DNA of 64,000 nucleotides from assembly GCA_012719955.1 (NCBI GenBank), contig JAAXZI010000091.1:11293-75292 (forward strand), read 5' to 3'. The stretch is from Phycisphaerae bacterium (GTDB lineage: Bacteria; Planctomycetota; Phycisphaerae; UBA1845; PWPN01). Of this stretch, positions 1-7,268 are shown in pieces (within the stretch, counting starts at the first letter, position 1; every line of letters starts with the position of its first letter). The translations under genes were made by a program, and so were the position numbers. The notes beneath the pieces were generated by a model. The model was not told the DNA's origin. It did not search any database and was given only the letters and a program-made list of their open reading frames with translations.

Positions 1-102
1 TCGCGCTTGATGGAGACGTTGTCACGGCTACGTAACGTGGGCGCGCTGGTGCCGATGGGGAAGCATCTCACCATCGATGTGGACCCGGTGTCGTTACTTT
101 AG
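1..102 (+). CDS. C-terminal fragment of an unidentified protein (runs off the window start)
   Basis: Frame 1 is open from the window edge (..SRLMETLSRLRNVGALVPMGKHLTIDVDPVSLL) and ends with TAG at 100-102. 33 residues are too few to assign a family. Confidence 0.3.
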   Translation, partial: SRLMETLSRLRNVGALVPMGKHLTIDVDPVSLL

Positions 103-248
103 TCAGTGGTCAGTTGTTCGTTGTCCGTTGTTGGGTCAGTAGTCCTTTTGTCAGTTGTCGAGATACCGTCGCGTATCGCCGGTGGCGCCAAGCAACTGAC
201 CAAAGGACCAATGCCCCAACAACTGACCACTGACCACGAACAACTGAC
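102..248. repeat. Imperfect palindromic repeat built from CAACTGAC/CACTGACC words (family A, two inverted arms)
   Basis: Arms 102-158 and 193-248 are imperfect reverse complements flanking a 34-nt spacer that contains GATAC-N6-GTATC. Arm 193-248 is about 85% identical by eye to 16829-16892. The element lies between two convergent stop codons (102 and 258). Confidence 0.8.
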
Positions 249-257
249 ACCCCCCCC

Positions 258-1010
258 TCAAAGCTTCAGCAGCTCCGCGATAATATTGTTCTGCGGATAT
301 GCGTGTCCCTTATATTGCCGGAAGCCCTCGCCGTAGGGACGGTTGATTTCCTTGCCGCGCTGAGCGCCGCGGCGCTTCATGGATTCCACGTACTCGTCCA
401 TATTGTGGTGGGCGCGCAGCCATTCGCGCTGCGAGACGTGGCAGGCCAGCATCTTCTCCTTGAGCGGCATCACGTCGGTGATGTCCACCACGAAATCAGC
501 CGGGATGGGCTGGCCGTAAATGTCGGTATTGTCGGGCACGTCCACGTAGTAGAGGTGCGGGATCTTGGGGAACGGCGGAGCGGGGCAGGGATCGTAGGTC
601 AAGAGATTGGGCGCGCCGGCCCCGAAGCAGGCGTTGCGCACCACCCGGCCGGTGTTCTCGTGGTCGGTCATGTAATCCATCGGGGGATGGGTGAAGACGA
701 TGTCCGGCTTGACCCGGCGGATGATCTCGGTGAAGCGCAACATGGTGGGCGCATCGCAGCAGATGAGCAGATCCTTGCAGCCGGCAGCATAGTATTCGGC
801 ATCCACCAGCGCGGCCGCATTGCGGGCCTCCTGGTTGCGGATGCGGGCGATCTCGTCGGGCGGATACTGGGTGGTGCCACAATCGCCGCTGGCGGCAGTG
901 GCGATGGCGAGCTGGCAGCCGGCTTCCTGTTTGAGGCGAATCATGGTGCCCATACAGGAAAACTCCGCGTCATCGGGATGGGCCATAAAGGCAAGGACTT
1001 TGAGTGACAT
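258..1010 (-). CDS. PIG-L/LmbE family deacetylase
   Basis: Starts MSLKVLAFMAHPDDAEFSCMG, carrying the AHPDD motif of the LmbE/PIG-L fold, with downstream HPPMDYMTDHENTG. The ATG at 1010 was chosen inside the longer ORF 258-1148. Confidence 0.8.
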   Translation of the reverse strand: MSLKVLAFMAHPDDAEFSCMGTMIRLKQEAGCQLAIATAASGDCGTTQYPPDEIARIRNQEARNAAALVDAEYYAAGCKDLLICCDAPTMLRFTEIIRRVKPDIVFTHPPMDYMTDHENTGRVVRNACFGAGAPNLLTYDPCPAPPFPKIPHLYYVDVPDNTDIYGQPIPADFVVDITDVMPLKEKMLACHVSQREWLRAHHNMDEYVESMKRRGAQRGKEINRPYGEGFRQYKGHAYPQNNIIAELLKL

Positions 1011-1175
1011 TGGCGACTCCTTCGGATCAGACTGACAAGGGGACCTGGAGACAAGGGGACAAGGAGACAAGCGATTGATCTTCCCCGTGTCTGCTGGTCC
1101 CTTTGTCTCGGCACATACGAGCATCCCCCGTGGTACGAAACAGGCCACGAATCATTCATCCATCAGCCGGCCTTG

Positions 1176-3143
1176 TCAAGCCGGTGGGCGGTAACGGTAA
1201 ATAATCGCCCGCTGCACCTTGCCCTTCACCGCCTGCTCCTCCACGTGTGCGCGGGTCAGCTCGCCAAGGGCCGCAGCCTGCTCCAAATCCTGCAGAAAAG
1301 TGGGCGAGTAGCGCGACACGCGCTGGACGTCGAACACCAGCCAGTCGGGATGGTGCGCGCGGGCCTCGGCCAGAATGCGGGCGATGTCCTTGTCCCGGTC
1401 CAGCGGCGACCACTGGTGGATGCCGTTGGCGTAGAAGGCCACGCGGTGGCGCGTGGTGTGGACCTTCGCACCGGAGGGCTGCTGGGAGCGGATCCACTCG
1501 CCGGCCCGGCGCAGATACGCCTCGTGGGCGTAACGCCACTCGAACATCCACGGAGCGGTGGGCGCAACCAGCGCAATGACCACGAGTACCCCCACGGCCA
1601 CCCGCCGCCGGGCGGGAACGAGATCCAGGATGGCCGCGACCCCCGCGGCGCTGAACGGGAGCGTGAGCCCAGCCAGGATCATCGTGTGCCGGACGCTGAG
1701 CAAATCCGCATAGTCGAAACGAAGAACCAGCAGCACAACAATGACAAAATGCAGCGAACCGGCAGCCGTCACCAGCCGGACGGCGGTACGATCGGCGGGC
1801 AAGCACTTTCGCAGAAACAGCCACGCGATGGCCGGCAGCAGGAGCGTCAGGCGCAGGGCCCGGCCCCAATGTTCCACCGCCAGCCCGGCGGCCTTGGCCA
1901 CGTCGGCGGGGACGGAGCCCAGGGCGGCACGTGAAGGTGTGCCACTGGTCGGTGAGCAGTGTTGATCGATGGTTGATGAAGCGAGAAGTGAGAAGTGAGA
2001 AGTGAGAACTGCATCGAGGCGCGAGTCTATGGCCAGCGTCGTGAGCTCCCGGTAGCGAGCACCATCATCTCCACATGAGCCCTCTGCGGGAGTGCCAGAC
2101 GCCTGCAAAGAAATCCGCTCAAAGGGGAAGCTTTTCCCCTGGCTGTCACAGGTTTCCAGGAGCCACTGCCACCCGGCGACGGCGGGTTCGGCGGCTTCGC
2201 ACGAACCCGGCAAGAAGCGAGGAAGCGACTTCTTCTGGACCAGCTTGCCGGTGATGAGCATGTACGGCGAGGCAACCAGCCCGGCGCCCAGGACAACAAC
2301 CAGCGGGCCGACCAGCCGGCGCGGGAGTCGGCACGGCCCTGTCAGCCCCAAAGCCGCCGCGGCGGCCACCACGGCCACACCGGCGCCTTCGGGACGCATC
2401 AGAAAAGCCAGGCCGGACAGCGCACCGGCCAGAAAGAGCCAGCGCAGCGCGAGGCCCGCGGGTGGGCAGGCGGTCGGAAGCCCGGTCGCGCGAGGACAAA
2501 AACCCCGGATGGCCGCACAGAGAGCCAACAGATACAGGGTCAGGTGCGGCATGTCCGTGAGAACGTCGGCGGAGAGCTGGCAAAACTCGGCGGCCAGCGC
2601 GGCCAGCATGGCCGCGAGGAGGGCCACCCGCCGGTCGAACAGCAGGCGGGCCAGCGCGTAAACAGCTATCACGACGGTAAGACCGCCCAGGAGAGATACG
2701 GTTACACCGGCCAGCGTCCAACTTCGCACCGGGTCGTCCAGCACCGAGCTCACCGACACGCCCAATGGGCGCAAAAGGCCGCCGACGGCCTGCAGCGCCG
2801 TGTGAGCGGCCAGGACCAGAGCAGGATAGAGCGGGTGCTGGGCCTGCGTTCGCATTTCCGCGGCGGGATCGCGGGCCAGGCCCTGGGCGTACCAGATGAA
2901 AGTCGCGCCGTCGCGGCTGATCATCGTGGCGGTGAGAGCAAGATAGAGGCGGACCGGGAACGCCACGAAAACGACGATGACCAGCAAAGTCCATAGCGCG
3001 TAGCGGGACCGCCGCCCCCCCGCATGCGCGTTCGCGGAGATGTCGGGTTTGTCGACCAAACCCGCATCAGTCCCCCCGCCCCCCGCACGGGGCGAACTGT
3101 CGCCGGAATCGTTAAGCACGTCTGTTGCCACGCGGATAAGCAT
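1176..3143 (-). CDS. Polytopic membrane protein, GT-C type glycosyltransferase-like (GT39/ArnT-PMT-like, tentative)
   Basis: Long ORF with many hydrophobic helices. ISRDGATFIWYAQGL follows the first helix, as in ArnT/PMT-like enzymes, and a soluble C-terminal domain is present. The start is ambiguous (ATG 3143 or GTG 3197). Confidence 0.55.
   Translation of the reverse strand: MLIRVATDVLNDSGDSSPRAGGGGTDAGLVDKPDISANAHAGGRRSRYALWTLLVIVVFVAFPVRLYLALTATMISRDGATFIWYAQGLARDPAAEMRTQAQHPLYPALVLAAHTALQAVGGLLRPLGVSVSSVLDDPVRSWTLAGVTVSLLGGLTVVIAVYALARLLFDRRVALLAAMLAALAAEFCQLSADVLTDMPHLTLYLLALCAAIRGFCPRATGLPTACPPAGLALRWLFLAGALSGLAFLMRPEGAGVAVVAAAAALGLTGPCRLPRRLVGPLVVVLGAGLVASPYMLITGKLVQKKSLPRFLPGSCEAAEPAVAGWQWLLETCDSQGKSFPFERISLQASGTPAEGSCGDDGARYRELTTLAIDSRLDAVLTSHFSLLASSTIDQHCSPTSGTPSRAALGSVPADVAKAAGLAVEHWGRALRLTLLLPAIAWLFLRKCLPADRTAVRLVTAAGSLHFVIVVLLVLRFDYADLLSVRHTMILAGLTLPFSAAGVAAILDLVPARRRVAVGVLVVIALVAPTAPWMFEWRYAHEAYLRRAGEWIRSQQPSGAKVHTTRHRVAFYANGIHQWSPLDRDKDIARILAEARAHHPDWLVFDVQRVSRYSPTFLQDLEQAAALGELTRAHVEEQAVKGKVQRAIIYRYRPPA
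1983..2010. repeat. Heptanucleotide tandem repeat (GAGAAGT x3 plus GAGAACT) inside the CDS
   Basis: Read directly as gagaagt gagaagt gagaagt gagaact. It sits in a locally low-GC patch (about 1960-2030) of the glycosyltransferase-like ORF and encodes ..LTSHFSLLASS.. on the minus strand. Confidence 0.9.
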
Positions 3144-3212
3144 CGTGGAATCCGTTCCGTTCGTCCAGCCCGGATGGTAAGATGCTTGCAGAGCCACTGA
3201 AAGGAATACGAC

Positions 3213-3548
3213 ATGCTGTTGTTCCTGCTCGCCCCACTCCTCCTGGCCGGTTTTCTGTTGTGGCGCTGGCTGGCCCGCCGGCGGATTCGTCTTGGTTCGT
3301 TATTGCTGTACGTGGTGGTGATGAGTGGGCTGATCTGGGGCGCGCTGCGCATCCTGGCGGAAATCGCCGGGGCGCGGGTGATGCTTCGGGAAGTGCTCGT
3401 CGTCCTGTGGTTTGCCATCGCCTGGCGGCTGGCGTGGAGCATCTGGAGCCGGACGGTGGGCCGCTGGGGGCAGCGATGGGTTCGCTGGGCCCGGCTCCAG
3501 CGACGACGCGGCGCGCACCCGCCGGGCGTGATCCGGCTGATCCCCTGA
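3213..3548 (+). CDS. Small membrane protein with three predicted helices, possibly the N-terminal module of the next ORF
   Basis: ATG at 3213 with AAGGA 7 nt upstream. Begins MLLFLLAPLLLAGFLLW and has two more hydrophobic stretches plus an Arg/Trp-rich tail. It ends at TGA 3546-3548, in the same frame as 3570-4430. Confidence 0.55.
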   Translation: MLLFLLAPLLLAGFLLWRWLARRRIRLGSLLLYVVVMSGLIWGALRILAEIAGARVMLREVLVVLWFAIAWRLAWSIWSRTVGRWGQRWVRWARLQRRRGAHPPGVIRLIP

Positions 3549-3569
3549 GGCCGGGCAGCGCTGACGGCC

Positions 3570-4430
3570 GTGATTCTCTTTCCCGGGTTCCTGAGCAGGG
3601 TGGGCGCGCATCGCTGCAAGCTGCGCGACGGCCACGATCCGAGCGTTTACCAACTGCAATTCGAGGCCGTGCGCATTCCGATGGCCGACGGGCTGACGCT
3701 CGACGGCTGGTTTATTCCCGAAGAGAATGCCGAGCGGACCATCCTGGTTTGCCACGGGGCGGGGGCCAACAAGGGTAATTTCGTCTGGTTCCTGTCGGCC
3801 TTGGCACACGAGGGTTACAACGTGGCCTTCTTCGATTTCAGGGCCCATGGGGCCAGCGACGGCCGGACAACCACCTACGGCATCCGCGAGCGGCTGGATG
3901 TGCGCGCGGCGGTGGACTGGCTCAAACGCGAGCGGCCCGGGCAGTCGCGTGTCGTGGTGGGGCTGGGATCATCCCAGGGCGCGATGGCATTGGCCCTGGC
4001 CGCCGCCGAAGACCCGCGGATCGAAGCCGTGGTGCTGGACAGCCCGTTTGTGTCGCCGCGCGAGCTGGTACGCGGGCACGCCGCGCGCTTGCCGGTGATC
4101 GGCCCGCTGGCCGCGGACTGGCTACTCGCATTGGCCTCACTGCAGACCGGCACGAACTTCTTCGTGGCCTCGGCCGAGCAAGCCGTCGCGGCCATGGGCG
4201 ACCGGCCGGTGCTGGTCATTCACGGCGATGGCGACATCCTGATGCCGGCCACGCACTCGCAGCGGCTGTACGACGCGGCCAAGGGACCGCGGGAGATATG
4301 GTTCGGGCCGGGCACGCACAGTAACATCGTCACGGCAGATCCGACCGGGTATCGGGAACGGGTGTTCGGGTTTCTTGAAAAGCATTTGGGCCCGATACCG
4401 GGACGCCGTGTCCGCTATGGCAAGTCGTAG
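3570..4430 (+). CDS. Alpha/beta hydrolase (S9/S33-like serine hydrolase)
   Basis: Contains DGLTLDGWFIP..ILVCHGAGANKG..FFDFRAHGASDG, the nucleophile elbow GLGSSQGA, and a later HGDGD..H. The ORF needs a GTG start with no clear Shine-Dalgarno sequence. Confidence 0.75.
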   Translation: MILFPGFLSRVGAHRCKLRDGHDPSVYQLQFEAVRIPMADGLTLDGWFIPEENAERTILVCHGAGANKGNFVWFLSALAHEGYNVAFFDFRAHGASDGRTTTYGIRERLDVRAAVDWLKRERPGQSRVVVGLGSSQGAMALALAAAEDPRIEAVVLDSPFVSPRELVRGHAARLPVIGPLAADWLLALASLQTGTNFFVASAEQAVAAMGDRPVLVIHGDGDILMPATHSQRLYDAAKGPREIWFGPGTHSNIVTADPTGYRERVFGFLEKHLGPIPGRRVRYGKS

Positions 4431-4445
4431 TGAGGAGGCCAGTCT

Positions 4446-4676
4446 ATGGAGCGCTTTCCTCGTTGGCTGCACTGGGTGATCGTCTTGAACCTCCTGCTTT
4501 GGCTGGTAGTGGCCGGCAGCTTGATCAGAGGACATGATCCGTCGGTGGCGATGGTCGCGTGGCTGGGGGTGGGGCTGGCCGCGGTCCTCCAACATTGGGC
4601 GTACTACCAGGCCCGGCGTGGCAGTACACGCAAGGCCCCCTCGCCAAGCGATGGAGCGGCCGGCCATTCGGCATAG
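4446..4676 (+). CDS. Small membrane protein, function unknown
   Basis: ATG is preceded by GAGGAGG at 7-nt spacing. Two hydrophobic helices are present (WVIVLNLLLWLVVAGSL and MVAWLGVGLAAVL). Confidence 0.6.
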   Translation: MERFPRWLHWVIVLNLLLWLVVAGSLIRGHDPSVAMVAWLGVGLAAVLQHWAYYQARRGSTRKAPSPSDGAAGHSA

Positions 4677-4778
4677 CAATCAACGGCCGGTACACAGGGC
4701 CACGGCGAAACGGAGGCCGGCCGCTGGGAGGTAAACGGCCGGTACAGAGCCCGGCTGCTACAGGGTACGGCTGCGGCA

Positions 4779-5294
4779 TTACGGCCAGAAAGCCGCCACT
4801 GCCGCTACGATCCAGATGCCGATGCCGACGACCAGCTTGGCCACGGTGCCGAAGAACCGCCCCACGCCCGCCCCCAGGCCGGAGCGCACGGCTGGCTCCA
4901 GCTCCCGCCCGCCGGCCAGCTCAAAGGCCAGGGCCCCGCAGAACGCGCCGCCACAGGCGCCCATCAGCGAACCAATAACCGGGATGGGGATTACGAAGGT
5001 TCCGGCCACGGCGCCAACGAGGCCACCCAGCAAGGCGCCAAACGCCCCGCTACTGCTCCCCCCGGCGGTCCGTGCGCCGAAAACGCCGGCCACAAATTCC
5101 AGCAGCTCACCCAGGACCGCCAACAACAGCAGACCCAGCAGCGTGTATCCGGAGATCATCCGCTGATCCCAGAACAACCACGCCACCACCACGGTGGAGC
5201 CGACCATCAGCCAGTTGCCCGGCAAGCCGAACAAGTTCAGGGACAGCCAGACCGCGTTGGCCACGACCAGGATTGTTGCCCAGATGTATGGCAT
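4779..5294 (-). CDS. DUF456-like membrane protein
   Basis: Reads MPYIWATILVVANAVWLSLNLFGLPGNWLMVG followed by Gly-rich helices, the typical DUF456 layout. The longer ORF up to 5465 runs through a repeat element, so the ATG at 5294 was chosen. Confidence 0.65.
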   Translation of the reverse strand: MPYIWATILVVANAVWLSLNLFGLPGNWLMVGSTVVVAWLFWDQRMISGYTLLGLLLLAVLGELLEFVAGVFGARTAGGSSSGAFGALLGGLVGAVAGTFVIPIPVIGSLMGACGGAFCGALAFELAGGRELEPAVRSGLGAGVGRFFGTVAKLVVGIGIWIVAAVAAFWP

Positions 5295-5341
5295 GGGAGC
5301 CTCGCCTCGCGCCGTGTCGGTACACTTATCATATCCCCTCT

Positions 5342-5536
5342 GAGCCCGAAGCGCAAGCGAGGGATGGGCGAACCATGATCGTGCAGAGGGTGGCACACCT
5401 TCTCCGAAGGTGGGTTCGCGATTTTTTCGGCTCGAAACCGGATGTTTACCCACAGATCGCCACAACGGAAAGAAATCGCGAGCCCAGGTTCAAAGAACCT
5501 GGGCCACCCGGCGTCCCTCGCTTGCGCTTCGGGCTC
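5342..5536. mobile_element. MITE-like 195-bp element with perfect terminal inverted repeats
   Basis: GAGCCCGAAGCGCAAGCGAGGGA at 5342-5364 is the exact reverse complement of 5514-5536, extendable by 1 bp on each outer side. The interior carries a family C hairpin (5394-5413) and a CGCGAGCCC..GGGC hairpin. It has no coding capacity. Confidence 0.7.
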
Positions 5537-5541
5537 AAGCA

Positions 5542-6411
5542 CTACAGCTCGATCTGCTCGTAGCGTTTCTGAACATAGGTGCAGCCGACGTTGATGCACT
5601 CGAGATGAGCGGCTTTGAGTCGGCCGGCGAGGTGGCTGTGGCCGCAGAAGGCGTAGCGCACCTTGGGCTCGGCCAGGACCATCTCGCCGAACATTTCGCT
5701 GCCCAGATATGCGCCCGCAAAAGCCCAACTCGGGTTCCGGGCGGGCGGAACAAACGCCGCAAAGGGCACGTGATGAAAAGCGGCCACAATCTGCCGGCAC
5801 ACCAGGGCCACGGCAGCCAGGCCGGCCTTGAACCGCTCCAGCAGGCGGTGACAGAAATCGAGGTCGCTCATGGGCAGACGCACATGCTCGCCATCCATCC
5901 AGCGGGCGCCGATGGACAGGGTCGCCTCCGGAACGTCGTCGGTCTCAGCCAGCAGGTGCTGATAGCGGGCCAGCCGGGCGGCGGCGCCGGGGGCGATCTT
6001 CTCGCGGTAGAAGCGCAGCGGAATCTTCAACCAGGCCGGGCGATACCCGAAGTCGTACCAGCCCATCGAACCGACAAAACCCACCTCGCCGATGACCAGC
6101 GGCTCCAGATCCAGAGGGTGGAAGCCGGTTTCGCGGCAGATGGCCGGGAGGATCCGTTCATAACGCTCCAGCGAGCATTCGCCGGGGTGGGTCCAGATGT
6201 CGTGATTGCCGGCCACGAAGAGCTTGCGGCCGGGGAACGGGTCGAAAAGGGTCAGGCACTCCCGTACAATGTCCACGTCCCGGCCGGCGACGTCGCCCAG
6301 GACCAGCAGAACATCGGCATCGAGCCCGCAGATTTCCCGCGCGATGGCCCGGGCCGGTTCGCGGCTGCGGGTGATGTCGTAATGTAAGTCGGCGGTGACA
6401 AGGACTTTCAA
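5542..6411 (-). CDS. Metallophosphoesterase (calcineurin-like)
   Basis: Contains LKVLVTADLHYD..VLGDVAG..VAGNHD..GHSH, the phosphoesterase metal-binding motifs. TTG start at 6411 with GGAGG 9 nt upstream. Confidence 0.8.
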   Translation of the reverse strand: MKVLVTADLHYDITRSREPARAIAREICGLDADVLLVLGDVAGRDVDIVRECLTLFDPFPGRKLFVAGNHDIWTHPGECSLERYERILPAICRETGFHPLDLEPLVIGEVGFVGSMGWYDFGYRPAWLKIPLRFYREKIAPGAAARLARYQHLLAETDDVPEATLSIGARWMDGEHVRLPMSDLDFCHRLLERFKAGLAAVALVCRQIVAAFHHVPFAAFVPPARNPSWAFAGAYLGSEMFGEMVLAEPKVRYAFCGHSHLAGRLKAAHLECINVGCTYVQKRYEQIEL

Positions 6412-6467
6412 GAGATAACGGCCTCCATTCAGAGAGTGTAGCTGGACACGGGCCAGAGTGGAAGATA

Positions 6468-7268
6468 ATGGCAGAAGACACACCCACGCCAGGCGCCCCG
6501 CTTCTCCCCGATGCCTCATCCATGCCCGGCGGCGCCGTGCTGGCGGTTCAAGATCTGGTCAAGACCTATCGCCTGGGCGACGAGGTGGTCTGGGCCCTCA
6601 ACGGCGTATCCCTGTCGATTGAGGCCGGGCAGCTCGTGGCCATCATGGGCGCCAGCGGGTCGGGCAAGAGCACGCTGCTGCACCTGGCCGGGGGGCTGGA
6701 TCTGCCCGACTCCGGCCGGGTGATCGTCGAGGGCAAGGACCTGTCCAGCATGTCCGACCGCCAGCGGACGCTGTTCCGGCGGCGGCGGATGGGCATCATT
6801 TTTCAAGCCTACAACCTGCTGCCCACGCTGACGGCGGCGGAAAACGTGGCCGTACCTCTGCTGGTGGACGGCACGCCGACGACGGAAATCCAAAAGCGGG
6901 TCGAGCAGGCCATCCAGGTTGTGCATCTGGAGAAACGGATGCAGCATCGCCCGCAGGCATTGTCCGGCGGCGAGCAACAGCGCGTGGCCATCGCCCGGGC
7001 CTTGTTGAATGACCCGGCGGTGGTGCTGGCCGACGAACCCACCGGCAATCTCGATTCGGTTCAGGCCGAAGAAATCTGGAAGCTGCTTCGCAAGCTGGCC
7101 CACGAACTGGGTAAGACGGTTCTGATGGTGACGCACGAGGCGGCGGCGGCGTCTTATGCGGACCGGGCCTACGTGCTCAAGGACGGGCGACTGGTCGGCA
7201 CGATCGAGGAGATGGAGCCTGGCAATGCGGCACTGGTCGCAGCTCGGTATACGCAACTGGCGGGTTAG
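6468..7268 (+). CDS. ABC transporter ATP-binding protein (MacB/LolD/FtsE-like)
   Basis: Walker A GASGSGKST, signature LSGGEQQR and Walker B VVLADEPT are present. The alternative start is ATG 6522. Confidence 0.9.
   Translation: MAEDTPTPGAPLLPDASSMPGGAVLAVQDLVKTYRLGDEVVWALNGVSLSIEAGQLVAIMGASGSGKSTLLHLAGGLDLPDSGRVIVEGKDLSSMSDRQRTLFRRRRMGIIFQAYNLLPTLTAAENVAVPLLVDGTPTTEIQKRVEQAIQVVHLEKRMQHRPQALSGGEQQRVAIARALLNDPAVVLADEPTGNLDSVQAEEIWKLLRKLAHELGKTVLMVTHEAAAASYADRAYVLKDGRLVGTIEEMEPGNAALVAARYTQLAG

Noticed and set aside
3213-4430. Interpreting the 3-TM ORF plus hydrolase pair as a phage-defence hydrolase/3TM-type system.
   Set aside because: The two ORFs are in one frame and look like a split single gene. 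The context is core housekeeping, and nothing in the sequence itself indicates a defence role.
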